From a virus, in IMG/VR virus record IMGVR_UViG_3300042892_000474, positions 32,001-96,000 of that record: 64,000 nucleotides of DNA, one strand, 5' to 3'. Numbering within the stretch: position 1 is the first letter of the stretch; each line of letters opens with the position of its first letter. Shown here piece after piece: positions 38,844 through 49,201 of this stretch. The position numbers were made by a program, and so were the translations under genes. The notes below the pieces were generated by a model, which searched no databases, was not told the origin of the DNA, and saw only the letters and a list, made by a program, of their open reading frames with translations.

Positions 38844-39639
38844 AGGTTTTGTAATCATTGCCCAGGATGGCGGCTCATTAGAGACATATCAGAAATGTGC
38901 CGATGCATTAGCTAAAAGCATCAAGCGTACTATGCCCGACGCTAAAGTATCCATTATTACTGACAATAAAATAAAAAACAAATCTTTGTATGATAAAGTT
39001 ATACCCTTGCCCTACGGAGATCAAGCACCCAAAAGTTATTGGAAATTGAACAATGATTGGCAGGTGTATGATGCTAGTCCATATGAATACACTATAAAAC
39101 TAGAAGCAGATATATATCTTCCCAGTTCAATAGACTATTGGTGGGATGCATTGAAGCATAGAGATTTAGTGATATCTACTAACATTAGAGACTTTAAACA
39201 GGAATTATCCCCGTCCAGAGTATACCGCAGATTCATTGATGATAACAAATTGCCTGATACTTACAACGCAATCACTTATTTTAAAAAGTCTGACACGGCA
39301 AAGAACTTTTTTGAAGTAGTTAGACACCTATTTGAAAACTGGGCTGAGTTCAGAGCTACATTAAAATGTAGTCCGTATGAAGAAGCTACTACTGATTGGG
39401 TATATGCTTTGGCAGCGCACATTGTAGGGGTCGAGAATTGTACACTACCTGATTTTAAAGAAATGAGTATGGTGCATATGAAAAGGTTAATAAATAACTT
39501 ACCTACCGAAGACTGGACTGACGCACTAGTTTATGAAATATTGCCACATACATTGCGCATCAATTCATGTCCACAGCTTTACCCGTTTCACTATCATGTG
39601 AAGACGTTTTCTACTAAAATACTAAAAGCCTATGACTGA
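38836..39639 (+). CDS. GT-A-fold glycosyltransferase-like protein, paralog of the preceding gene
   Basis: YDASPYEYTIKLEAD (ExD), YFKKS..AK.FF, HMK/HYH; shares its motif order with 38034-38843. Confidence 0.6.
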   Translation: MDKGFVIIAQDGGSLETYQKCADALAKSIKRTMPDAKVSIITDNKIKNKSLYDKVIPLPYGDQAPKSYWKLNNDWQVYDASPYEYTIKLEADIYLPSSIDYWWDALKHRDLVISTNIRDFKQELSPSRVYRRFIDDNKLPDTYNAITYFKKSDTAKNFFEVVRHLFENWAEFRATLKCSPYEEATTDWVYALAAHIVGVENCTLPDFKEMSMVHMKRLINNLPTEDWTDALVYEILPHTLRINSCPQLYPFHYHVKTFSTKILKAYD

Positions 39640-39988
39640 AACTACACAAGATGATGATATTCTAATTCTTTGGGAGGCTCCTGTAATACAGGCTCCTGAG
39701 TTTCGTTTGTATTATGACGAAGCTACCGGTAAAGTTATTTGCTACACATGCGAAAAACTTGAAGGTAAGTATCTAGTAATCGATGCTATTACGTATGCAC
39801 AAGCAAGACCGGACCTTCGAATTATCGACGGGCGTATATCTACTGCTAGTAATCATGCAATTGTATCTAAGTTAATGCCACATCTTACCCAAGGTCAACT
39901 ATGTGAAGCAGAGGACATCAGTATAGTAGTTTCATCAGAAGGCGACAACATTAATAGATGGAAACTAAACACATATGAGCTTAAATAA
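39632..39988 (+). CDS. hypothetical protein (118 aa)
   Basis: Overlaps both neighbours by a few nt; FRLYYDE..G motif. Confidence 0.65.
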   Translation: MTETTQDDDILILWEAPVIQAPEFRLYYDEATGKVICYTCEKLEGKYLVIDAITYAQARPDLRIIDGRISTASNHAIVSKLMPHLTQGQLCEAEDISIVVSSEGDNINRWKLNTYELK

Positions 39989-40928
39989 TATAGTTGATGT
40001 AGCCGATTTGGACTGCATCTACCTAAGCTATGACGAGCCACAAAAAGAAGAATTTTGGCTAAAAATTAAAAACATGGTTCCTTGGGCAAAGCGGGTAGAC
40101 GGAATCAAGGGTTCAGATGCGGCACACAAAGCTGCCGGCGCCGCATCAGACACTGAGCGGTTCATATTGATTGACGGGGACAATATGCCCGATGAATCAT
40201 TCTTCAATATGCAACTAGACTTTACAGGCAGAGATCCATCATACACCAAAGCACAATTTCGTTGGAAGGCAGTTAATGCTATCAACGGATTGCGTTATGG
40301 TAATGGTGGCATGAGTTCTTGGACAAAGACTTATGTTGCTAACATGAAGACACATGAAAATCAAAAAGACGGAGATGCGGCTCGTATTGCTGACTTCTGT
40401 TTAGATAGCAAAGATAACTTGTATTGGGCAATGTATGATTGTTACAGCACAACATACCCCAATCATACTCCGTTTCAAGCTTGGAGAGCAGGCTTTAGAG
40501 AAGGAGTCAAGATGTGTCTTAACAAAGGTGAAGTTCCTTCAGTAGATGAGTTTAAAGAAACAGTTGCTAGTCGCAATTTGAACAACTTGACTATTTGGCA
40601 GAACGTAGGTGCGGATGTAGAGAACGGCATGTGGGCTATCTACGGTGCTAGACTCGGTACATACATGACTCTCTTAACTGATTGGGACGCACATAATGTT
40701 CAATGGTTTGACAATTACACGGTGTTATGGGAAGAACATATTAACCGAGATCCTGAACGTGAAGCAACATTGTTAGGCGCGGCATTACATGACAAGTTAG
40801 GTTTGCCAATGTGTACGCTAGGTAAAGAACAAAGTAAGTTCTTTAAGCGTCATTATCAAACAGACTATCATAATCAAGGCCCGTTAGTCACTGAGATGGA
40901 AGTTATTCGAAAAATTGAAGGATGGTAA
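39975..40928 (+). CDS. GT-A-like glycosyltransferase
   Basis: YLSYDEP, RVDGIKG...AH, FILIDGDN (DxD), YGNGG. Confidence 0.55.
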   Translation: MSLNNIVDVADLDCIYLSYDEPQKEEFWLKIKNMVPWAKRVDGIKGSDAAHKAAGAASDTERFILIDGDNMPDESFFNMQLDFTGRDPSYTKAQFRWKAVNAINGLRYGNGGMSSWTKTYVANMKTHENQKDGDAARIADFCLDSKDNLYWAMYDCYSTTYPNHTPFQAWRAGFREGVKMCLNKGEVPSVDEFKETVASRNLNNLTIWQNVGADVENGMWAIYGARLGTYMTLLTDWDAHNVQWFDNYTVLWEEHINRDPEREATLLGAALHDKLGLPMCTLGKEQSKFFKRHYQTDYHNQGPLVTEMEVIRKIEGW

Positions 40929-42337
40929 TGAGCGAAAGTCATGAACAAAAAAGAATCAAAGACATTAGGATCAAGATCGAAAACGAAACTGGTCCTACTT
41001 TTTGCCTTGCTAAATGGCATCATGTAACAATGTATTTGCAATCAGGAGAGACTCATAGTTGTTACCATCCTCAACCTCATAAGATTCCTTTAGAAGAATT
41101 ATATGATAACCCTTCTGCATTACATAACACACAGCAGAAGAAAGAAGAACGTAAACTAATGCTTGATGGTGGTAAGCCCACTGGATGCCAGTATTGCTGG
41201 AACATTGAAGCTATGGGTCCTGATTACATCAGTGACCGTCACATTCGTAACGCAAGTATCTTTACCGAAGAACGATATGAACAAACCGCAAAGGGTCCGT
41301 GGAATCAAAACATCAACCCCGAGTACATCGAAATCAACTTTGGTAACGAATGTAACTTCAAGTGTGGCTACTGTCATCCTAAGTATAGTACAAGCTTCTA
41401 CAAAGAGATTGAGCAGAATGGTCCTGTCACTAATGTGAAGAATCACCGTTGTGATATTGACTGGATGCGATTGTATCAACGTGAAGATGACAATCCATAC
41501 GTTGATGCGTTTTGGGAGTGGTGGCCAGAGATGCGTAAGACATTGAATATCATGCGTGTAACTGGTGGCGAACCTACACTACATAAGAGCACATGGACAT
41601 TGCTTGAAAAGATTGAAGAAGATCCTATGCCCTGGTTAGAGTTGAACATCAACAGCAACTTGGGTACTAAGCCTATTCTTATCGAGCGTTTATCAGACAA
41701 AGTTAAAAAACTTACAGGTGAAGGTAAGATTAAAAACTTTAAGTTGTTCACTAGTTTAGATACTTGGGGTGAACGTGCTGAATACATTCGTACTGGATTA
41801 GATTTAGAGTTGTGGGAAAAGAATTTTCACACGTATCTAACTCGCACAGACAGTCCGATCACATTCATGATTACATTCAATATCTTTAGTGTAACTACAT
41901 TTAAAAGTTTCTTAGAGAAGTTTATTGAATGGCGCAAGATATATGGATGGTATGACGATCCTATAAACCCACAACATCGTGTGCGTTTTGATACACCTTA
42001 TCTACGTGATCCTATTCAATACGATATGAACATTCTTCCTAAAGAAGAATTCATGCCTTACATGTACGAAGCACTGAAATACATGGAAGAAAATACTGAC
42101 GATAAACGCAGTGATGCTTTTAGTAGCATTGAGTACGAAAAATTTAAGCGTGTAGTTGACTACATGGCCGAGACTGTTTATCCTGAAGAAAAGCTAATTG
42201 AAGGACGTAGAGATTTCTATAATTGGTTCAACGAATTAGATGAACGTAGAGAAGCAGATATGTTATCTGTATTTCCAGAAATGCTAAGTTTTTACAGACT
42301 ATGCCAAGAGACAAATCAACTGAATCCATTTAAATGA
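40928..42337 (+). CDS. radical SAM enzyme with N-terminal SPASM/twitch-like domain
   Basis: CNFKCGYC and GGEP; N-terminal FCLAKW...SCYH...CQYC. Start at the TAATG overlap (ORF track 40922). Confidence 0.9.
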   Translation: MSESHEQKRIKDIRIKIENETGPTFCLAKWHHVTMYLQSGETHSCYHPQPHKIPLEELYDNPSALHNTQQKKEERKLMLDGGKPTGCQYCWNIEAMGPDYISDRHIRNASIFTEERYEQTAKGPWNQNINPEYIEINFGNECNFKCGYCHPKYSTSFYKEIEQNGPVTNVKNHRCDIDWMRLYQREDDNPYVDAFWEWWPEMRKTLNIMRVTGGEPTLHKSTWTLLEKIEEDPMPWLELNINSNLGTKPILIERLSDKVKKLTGEGKIKNFKLFTSLDTWGERAEYIRTGLDLELWEKNFHTYLTRTDSPITFMITFNIFSVTTFKSFLEKFIEWRKIYGWYDDPINPQHRVRFDTPYLRDPIQYDMNILPKEEFMPYMYEALKYMEENTDDKRSDAFSSIEYEKFKRVVDYMAETVYPEEKLIEGRRDFYNWFNELDERREADMLSVFPEMLSFYRLCQETNQLNPFK

Positions 42338-43563
42338 ACAAAGACTATTTACTAAACGACAGCAAAACATTTTGTATGTTTCCTTGGATTCATTTAAACG
42401 TGACTCCCAAAGGAGACATATATCCTTGCTGTTCAAACGACTATACAAAGCCCTTTGGTAACACTAAAGAAGTTACTTTACACAAAGCATTCAACAGCCC
42501 TAAGATGAAAGAACTTAGATTGGATATGTTGAATGAGCGTAAGAATGAAATCTGCAAGTTCTGTTATCAGCATGAAGAAGCAGGACCACACAGTTTCCGT
42601 AACTATAGCAAAGAACACTTTGGTAAGTATTATGACGAAGTTGTGCCCACTACCCAAGAAGATGGAACAGTAGACGAGTTTAAGATGCGTTACTTTGATA
42701 TCAGATTCAGTAACATTTGTAACTTCAAATGTCGTACATGTGGTTCAGAGTTTTCTAGTCAGTGGGGCCTAGAGATGAACAAGAATTACGATAAGGATCA
42801 CCCGATTGTTATTCACGTAGACGATGGTAAGGGTAAAGTACTAGAAGAAGTATTGGATCAAGTAGAACACATAGACCTAGCATACTTTGCGGGTGGAGAG
42901 CCCTTGATTACCGAAGAACATTATGTTATACTAGAAGAAATGATTCGTAAAGGCCGCACTGATGTAGTATTAAGATATAACACCAATGCTAGTAATATCA
43001 AGTACAAGAACCATGATGTACTTGATCTTTGGAAACACTTTAAGAAGGTTGAGTTGAGTTGTTCAATTGACCATTACGGCGAACGTGCTGAATTACTACG
43101 TTCAGGTACTGATTGGGGTAAAGTAGAAAGCAATCTATTAACCTTTAGAGATTTGGACTATGTTAGTTTTCAAATGAATACTGTATTTTCTATTTTTAAT
43201 TACTTGACGATTGGTGAGTTCTATCAATACTTGAAAGATAAGAATATTATCCGTAGAGAAGATTGGTATCATAGTTTATATCTTGCAGTTCATCCTATGT
43301 ATTACAGTGCAAAAAGTTTACCAAAATCATTGAAGCCATTAGCACAGGAAAAAGCATTGAAATGGGCAGAAGCTAACGATAACGACGGCACTAGCTTGTC
43401 AAGATTAGTTCGTGATGCTGTAAATTTTGCTAATGAGAGTGATACTTGGAGTGACGTTAAGACTCAGTTCTTAGGACATACTAAATCGCTTGACAGAATA
43501 CGTGAGGAAAGTTTCTGGAAAACATTCCCCGAGTTAAATAAATTATCTGAATTATTGGAGTAA
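42334..43563 (+). CDS. radical SAM enzyme with N-terminal SPASM/twitch domain
   Basis: CNFKCRTC and GGEP; N-terminal FCMFPW...G.IYPCC...CKFC. Confidence 0.9.
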   Translation: MNKDYLLNDSKTFCMFPWIHLNVTPKGDIYPCCSNDYTKPFGNTKEVTLHKAFNSPKMKELRLDMLNERKNEICKFCYQHEEAGPHSFRNYSKEHFGKYYDEVVPTTQEDGTVDEFKMRYFDIRFSNICNFKCRTCGSEFSSQWGLEMNKNYDKDHPIVIHVDDGKGKVLEEVLDQVEHIDLAYFAGGEPLITEEHYVILEEMIRKGRTDVVLRYNTNASNIKYKNHDVLDLWKHFKKVELSCSIDHYGERAELLRSGTDWGKVESNLLTFRDLDYVSFQMNTVFSIFNYLTIGEFYQYLKDKNIIRREDWYHSLYLAVHPMYYSAKSLPKSLKPLAQEKALKWAEANDNDGTSLSRLVRDAVNFANESDTWSDVKTQFLGHTKSLDRIREESFWKTFPELNKLSELLE

Positions 43564-43566
43564 TCA

Positions 43567-44838
43567 ATGGATAACGTAACAGTAGAGAACCTGGTTAAGC
43601 ACGGAAAACATTTCTGTGTATTGCCCTGGGTTCATTTTCACAGTTGGCCTGACGGTCGAGTAATGCCTTGCTGTATTGCAGATAGCAATATGCCTGTTGC
43701 AGACTTAAAAGATGGTGAATCAATCATCAACATGATGAATAGTAGTGATTATAAGAAATTGCGCACTGCTATGATGAATGATGAACCGGTCGAAGCATGT
43801 AAGCGTTGCTATGACTTAGAACTAATGGGTACTTGGACAATGCGCCAGTCTCATAATAAGCGCAAGGGCCTAGAGTACGTAAACTACATTGCAGAAAATA
43901 CAATGGAAGACGGAAGCCTCATTGACTTTGAAATGAAGTACATGGACTTGCGTTTTAGTAGTATCTGTAATATGAAGTGCAGAAGCTGTGGTCCAGGATG
44001 TTCAAGTCAATGGGCACAAGAGTTTGTCGACCGTGTTGGTATGGACAACTATGAGAAATACTTCAAGACCACTAAGATTGTTATTAACTCAGCAGAAGAA
44101 ATGGGATTCATGGCTAAACTTAAGCCATATCTCAAAGATGTAACAGAAGTCTATTTTGCAGGTGGCGAGATTATCATTACTCCTGAGCACTATGAATGCT
44201 TAGACTATTGGATTGAAAACGGATTAACGGATCAAGTTGAATTGACATATACTACAAACTTTAGTAGCTTGAAGTATAAAAAAGACATTGACTTGATTGC
44301 GTATTGGAAGAAATTCCCTAAACTGAAAATTTGGGCATCACTTGACGCACATGGTGATGTAGCTGAATGTATCAGAAAGGGTACAGATTGGGATCGTATT
44401 GTTAGTAATATCAAGTTAGTAAAAGAGCAAGTACCGCATGCTGAATTTCAGATTACTCCAACCATCAGTATTTGGAATGTGTTTACTTTCCCTGACTTCT
44501 TTGATTATATGATCAATGAAGGGTTTATTGATACTAAATCTAGCCCACGCTTTAATTTAGCTACCAACCCCTGGTATGCTAACATTATGATCCTACCCGC
44601 TAGTGTAAAGCGAAGACTCGCTGAATTGTACCGTGTCTATCAGAATCGTTACAAAGATAACATTGATATCTACAATGGATTTAAAATGATTATCTATAAC
44701 TTGACTGTGGGCGATGAGAACAAGGGTGGCATTCAAGAGTTTATCAAGTTCAATGAAGAACTAGATGACTTTAGGGATGAAAAATTGGAAGAAGTTATTC
44801 CAGAACTAAAAGAGGTATTCGATTGGGCAAGAAGCTAA
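43567..44838 (+). CDS. radical SAM enzyme with N-terminal SPASM/twitch domain
   Basis: CNMKCRSC and GGEI; N-terminal FCVLPW...G.VMPCC...CKRC. Confidence 0.9.
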   Translation: MDNVTVENLVKHGKHFCVLPWVHFHSWPDGRVMPCCIADSNMPVADLKDGESIINMMNSSDYKKLRTAMMNDEPVEACKRCYDLELMGTWTMRQSHNKRKGLEYVNYIAENTMEDGSLIDFEMKYMDLRFSSICNMKCRSCGPGCSSQWAQEFVDRVGMDNYEKYFKTTKIVINSAEEMGFMAKLKPYLKDVTEVYFAGGEIIITPEHYECLDYWIENGLTDQVELTYTTNFSSLKYKKDIDLIAYWKKFPKLKIWASLDAHGDVAECIRKGTDWDRIVSNIKLVKEQVPHAEFQITPTISIWNVFTFPDFFDYMINEGFIDTKSSPRFNLATNPWYANIMILPASVKRRLAELYRVYQNRYKDNIDIYNGFKMIIYNLTVGDENKGGIQEFIKFNEELDDFRDEKLEEVIPELKEVFDWARS

Positions 44839-45815
44839 TAGCGATTGAGGCTCCCCAGCCCTATCTCGCAATAACATGGCAAGTAAACAATTTCTGCAAC
44901 TATAAGTGCAGTTATTGTAACCCTGGCAACTGGGGAGGCACTGACCGTAACGAAGGTAACTTAGACATATACCTAAATAACTTAGAAACGATTATCAATC
45001 GCTACAAGTCAGCAGGGTATAAGAACTTTAAGTTCTTCTTCAGCGGTGGAGAACCTACAGCTTGGAAGAACTTTATTCCTATCTGTGAATGGATTTACGA
45101 AAAGTTACCTCGTGCTACTCTTGCAGTTAACACTAACTTGAGTCGTCCACTAGAGTGGTGGAAGAAACACTATCATCTATTTGACGATGTAGTGGGTAGC
45201 TTTCACATTGAATTCGCAGACAAACAGCGATATGAAGAAAACTCTATGTTCTTATGTGACAAGGTCAACTACCTTTCTACTAAGATGTTAATGCACGAAG
45301 AAAGATTCTGGGAAGTAGTTGACTATGGAAACTATCTTAAGACAGTAATGCCTAATTACTTCTTAGAGTGGACACCGTTGTTTGATGAAATGTCAGTAAA
45401 CACAGGCCCTTGGCACTACAAAGATCCTGCTAAAGAAGCATGGTTACGTGAGCATACAACGGAGATTCAACAAACTAAACGTAAGCCGATGAAACGCACT
45501 ACGTTGACAGTTAGTTATAACAAGTATGAAGATAATTCTACTGAAGTGTGTAACAGCAACGAAGTTATTGTAGCAGGAAACAACTTCTTTAACGGTTGGA
45601 GTTGCAACGTGGGTGATTGTATCTTTATCAATCCCGTAGGCGAGATGAGCCTAGCAAGTTGCGGCATGGGTGGTTACGTGGGTCATATATTAGATGATAT
45701 TAATCGTGTAGGCCCAAAACAAATCATATGTGAGAAAGAACACTGTCATTGCGGAACAGATATTATTATTCCTAAATTTGATGGCGAATGGTTAGAAAAA
45801 AATGCAGTTAAATGA
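44823..45815 (+). CDS. radical SAM enzyme with C-terminal Cys-rich (twitch/SPASM) domain
   Basis: CNYKCSYC and GGEP; C-terminal GWSC...SC...IC..EHCHC; TTG start with GAGG upstream. Confidence 0.88.
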   Translation: MGKKLIAIEAPQPYLAITWQVNNFCNYKCSYCNPGNWGGTDRNEGNLDIYLNNLETIINRYKSAGYKNFKFFFSGGEPTAWKNFIPICEWIYEKLPRATLAVNTNLSRPLEWWKKHYHLFDDVVGSFHIEFADKQRYEENSMFLCDKVNYLSTKMLMHEERFWEVVDYGNYLKTVMPNYFLEWTPLFDEMSVNTGPWHYKDPAKEAWLREHTTEIQQTKRKPMKRTTLTVSYNKYEDNSTEVCNSNEVIVAGNNFFNGWSCNVGDCIFINPVGEMSLASCGMGGYVGHILDDINRVGPKQIICEKEHCHCGTDIIIPKFDGEWLEKNAVK

Positions 45816-47142
45816 AAATGATCCGTTAAAAATTGTTTACAGCTGGATTGGACCAAGAGGTCCAATGGTGAACACAGAGTTGCCTAACATTATGAGTTAC
45901 GCTAGTGTGGGTGAAAGCACCGACGCACATGGTAGTAATTTCTTTTGGGCAGATGATATATATTGGCGAGTGTTTATGCACAACGGTAATCACCCGTTAT
46001 CTTCTACATTTGGCTTAGAAGAACATGATCCGTTTATATACCCATATACATTAGCTTGGCGTATACAGTTTCAGAACTATTTCTTGAATGGTGGTGGTTT
46101 GTTAGAGTTCAGTCATACTCCTAATCACATAACACATCAAGTCAGAGATCGTAATGGCTTCTTCTTAATTGACTATGCACCCGAAGCATGGGTACAAGAT
46201 GGACAATTACGTGCAATGCATGCCTACTTCGGACATTACAATAGAATTCCAATGGGCAAGGTCATATACATTACTGGTTGTATGAACGCAGAACAATTAT
46301 ACAACAACTGGTGTGATCGAAATGGAATCCCCGATGATCCAATGCATCGTATGATAATGATACCTTTCCCTATATCACAACATGCATTATCATTACAGTT
46401 ACAGAACACTCCGGAACCAGTGTACGACACTGACACTGTGCCTGAAAAAGTATTCTTATGCTGGAATCGTAGATTTAGACCTCACCGTACACATCTTGCA
46501 CTAGCATTAGACAAAGCCGGCATCGTTGACCGTAGCTATTATAGCATGAACTTGACTGACCCTGAGATGAACAGTGTTCATTTTAAGACTACAGTTGACT
46601 TATATTCAAACCCTATGCTACAAATAGGTAACAAAGATGTTGAAAACTTCATGGCTAAGTTACCGTTAGTAATTGACGGAGAGACAGAGATACAAAGAAT
46701 GTGCGGTGACTTTGATGCAGCCGCTAGACCTTTTTATCAGAACAGCTTAGTTAGTATCATAACTGAAACAAATTTTGATTGGACTGAACTAACTGCTACA
46801 GAAAAGACATGGAAGCCTGCAAAAGAAAAACATCCATTCATTATGGTAGGAACTGCAGGTGCATTGCGTACATTACGTGAGTTTGGATTTCAAACGTTTG
46901 ATGACTTCTGGGATGAATCATATGACGAAATCGAAGATCCTAAGCGTAGACTGTTTGAGATTGTGAAAGTTTGTAAAGAAATTGCTAGCTGGACACCAGA
47001 GCAAATACTAGACTTTAAGCGTAAGGTAAAGCCTATAGTAGATCATAACTTTAAGATATTGACTACTAACACTTCTAAAACGGTAGCAGATAAGATACGT
47101 GTAGAAGCCTCTAAACGCTTAAGAGAAGAACCTAAGGATTAA
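45802..47142 (+). CDS. putative GT-B glycosyltransferase ('ET...TEK' family, GT10-like)
   Basis: FLCWNRRFRPHR and SIITET...TEKTWKP...HPF...GF.TF...DESYD. Confidence 0.5.
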   Translation: MQLNENDPLKIVYSWIGPRGPMVNTELPNIMSYASVGESTDAHGSNFFWADDIYWRVFMHNGNHPLSSTFGLEEHDPFIYPYTLAWRIQFQNYFLNGGGLLEFSHTPNHITHQVRDRNGFFLIDYAPEAWVQDGQLRAMHAYFGHYNRIPMGKVIYITGCMNAEQLYNNWCDRNGIPDDPMHRMIMIPFPISQHALSLQLQNTPEPVYDTDTVPEKVFLCWNRRFRPHRTHLALALDKAGIVDRSYYSMNLTDPEMNSVHFKTTVDLYSNPMLQIGNKDVENFMAKLPLVIDGETEIQRMCGDFDAAARPFYQNSLVSIITETNFDWTELTATEKTWKPAKEKHPFIMVGTAGALRTLREFGFQTFDDFWDESYDEIEDPKRRLFEIVKVCKEIASWTPEQILDFKRKVKPIVDHNFKILTTNTSKTVADKIRVEASKRLREEPKD

Positions 47143-47143
47143 T

Positions 47144-48124
47144 ATGAAAAAGATTTTAGTATGTGGAGCGGGTGGATTTATAGGCTCTCACTTAGTAGAG
47201 AGATTAAAGAAAGCTGGTCACTACGTAGTAGGTGTGGACTTAAAAGAACCCTTATACAGTAAGTCGCAGGCTGATGAATTCTATGTGGTAGATTTAAGAG
47301 ATCAACAGAATGTAGAGAGCTTATTTCATACAATTAGTTACGATGAAATATATCAATTAGCTGCCGACATGGGCGGCGCCGGCTACATCTTTACCGGCGA
47401 ACACGATGCTGATATCATGCATAACAGTGTAATGATTAATTTAAACATATTAGATAATGTTCGTAGAAAGAATAAAAACGCTAAAATATTCTATAGTTCA
47501 AGCGCATGTATGTACCCAGAGCACAATCAACTAGACCCTGACAACCCAGTGTTGTCAGAATCAAGCGCATACCCTGCAAACCCTGACAGTGAGTACGGTT
47601 GGGAAAAGTTATTCAGTGAGCGATTGTATTTGACGTATGCTAAGAACTATGGCATAGAAGTACGTATTGCACGTTTTCACAATGTATTTGGTCCCTACGG
47701 ATCTTGGAATAATGGCAAAGAGAAAGCACCTGCGGCTCTTTGCAGAAAAGTAGCAACTGTCGAGCCTGGCGGAACAATAGAGATATGGGGTCCGGGCACT
47801 CAAACTCGTAGCTTTTTATTCATTGATGAATGTTTAGATGGCATACAGCGTTTGATGGAAAGTGATTTTTCAGAGCCAGTCAACTTAGGTAGCTCTCGAA
47901 TGATATCAATTAACAATCTAGTCTATCTAATAGCCGATCTTGTTGGTAAAAAAGTTCATATTAAAAATATACCCGGGCCAATGGGAGTTATGGGTCGTAC
48001 TAGTGATAACACATTGATACGTGAAAAATTAAATTGGGCTCCTACAGAATCGTTAGAAGTAGGTATACATAAAACATATAAATGGATTGTTGAACAGATA
48101 GAATGCGGAACCGATGATAAATGA
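47144..48124 (+). CDS. NAD-dependent epimerase, GDP-mannose 3,5-epimerase-like
   Basis: GAGGFIG, AADMGGAGYI, SSACMYP, YGWEK, EKAPAALCRK, Q.RSF.FIDEC..G, all characteristic of the GME subfamily of extended SDRs. Confidence 0.88.
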   Translation: MKKILVCGAGGFIGSHLVERLKKAGHYVVGVDLKEPLYSKSQADEFYVVDLRDQQNVESLFHTISYDEIYQLAADMGGAGYIFTGEHDADIMHNSVMINLNILDNVRRKNKNAKIFYSSSACMYPEHNQLDPDNPVLSESSAYPANPDSEYGWEKLFSERLYLTYAKNYGIEVRIARFHNVFGPYGSWNNGKEKAPAALCRKVATVEPGGTIEIWGPGTQTRSFLFIDECLDGIQRLMESDFSEPVNLGSSRMISINNLVYLIADLVGKKVHIKNIPGPMGVMGRTSDNTLIREKLNWAPTESLEVGIHKTYKWIVEQIECGTDDK

Positions 48125-49200
48125 CCCGCGTATATGTGTTACAAGTATTCCCTGAGACGGGAGTTGAATGGTATACTGATATCATTAAGGATATAAAATT
48201 AAAAAATCCTGATTATATTACCGTAATATCATTGGGCGAAATTAATGTAGAACTAATTTTTGATAATTTGTTCAACCTAATCGAAAATTGGCTCATAGAA
48301 AATAAGAAATACATGTACGTATTGTGGGCCGGCCCCGACAAAGAGATAAGACCCTATATACACGGGGTCAATACGTTAGGCAGTGCATATGGTAATTTAG
48401 CATGTGTTGAGGGCACTATAATTGATTACGGTGACGTAAACGTGTTTGAAACAAGCAATAAGCTATTCACTTCATATAACAACAATCCAAAGTATGAACG
48501 TAAATTGTTTGTAGATTTACTAGTAAACAATGACTTAATCAATGATGGTATCGTCACATACAGATATCCAGACTTGCGCACTAATCCTATGTACGATTGG
48601 AAGTATCATGATGGTTCAGTATTGTCAGACGAACCTGATTTTCAATTAAACTCTAATCAAACTTTCAGTGCTGGACGTCTACCAAAAAGCTATTTCACTG
48701 GCTTTATTGATATAGTAGCAGAAACTGACTATAGAAATGATTTCTTTGTGCCCACTGAAAAAACGGCTAAACCCTGGGGCGCATTAAAGCCTTACTTAGT
48801 GATATCTAGTATGAATTATCATAAGTGGTTGTATTCAGAATACGGTATCGAAATGTATGACGAATTGTTTGACTACAACTTTGACAGTATGCTCACTGTC
48901 GAGGAACGCATACAGGGCATAATAGACAACTTGCTAAGATTAAAAGCACTATTTAATAGTGATCCAAGTGCAAAGTTTAAGATGTATGAACAAATTAAAT
49001 CAAAATTAAAACACAATAGGAACATGGCTTTGCAGATGTTTAAAACATTACAAGACAAAGATAAATTAATTCCAGAGTGTTTAAAATTCATAACTACAGA
49101 AAATGATTATGAATTATTAGGAGAAGTGTATAATAACAAGGGTCATTTGCATTTCATCACTAATAAAGAATGGCATTTACGCCCAAGATTAGGTATATAA
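48121..49200 (+). CDS. putative GT-B glycosyltransferase ('ET...TEK' family)
   Basis: FTSYNNNPKYER and DIVAET...TEKTAKP...KPY...YDELFDYNFD. Confidence 0.5.
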   Translation: MTRVYVLQVFPETGVEWYTDIIKDIKLKNPDYITVISLGEINVELIFDNLFNLIENWLIENKKYMYVLWAGPDKEIRPYIHGVNTLGSAYGNLACVEGTIIDYGDVNVFETSNKLFTSYNNNPKYERKLFVDLLVNNDLINDGIVTYRYPDLRTNPMYDWKYHDGSVLSDEPDFQLNSNQTFSAGRLPKSYFTGFIDIVAETDYRNDFFVPTEKTAKPWGALKPYLVISSMNYHKWLYSEYGIEMYDELFDYNFDSMLTVEERIQGIIDNLLRLKALFNSDPSAKFKMYEQIKSKLKHNRNMALQMFKTLQDKDKLIPECLKFITTENDYELLGEVYNNKGHLHFITNKEWHLRPRLGI

Positions 49201-49201
49201 C

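Noticed and set aside
40928-45815. RiPP pathway (SPASM maturases acting on a precursor peptide)
   Set aside because: No short precursor ORF, PqqD/RRE-like domain, peptidase or exporter is visible; neighbours are sugar enzymes.
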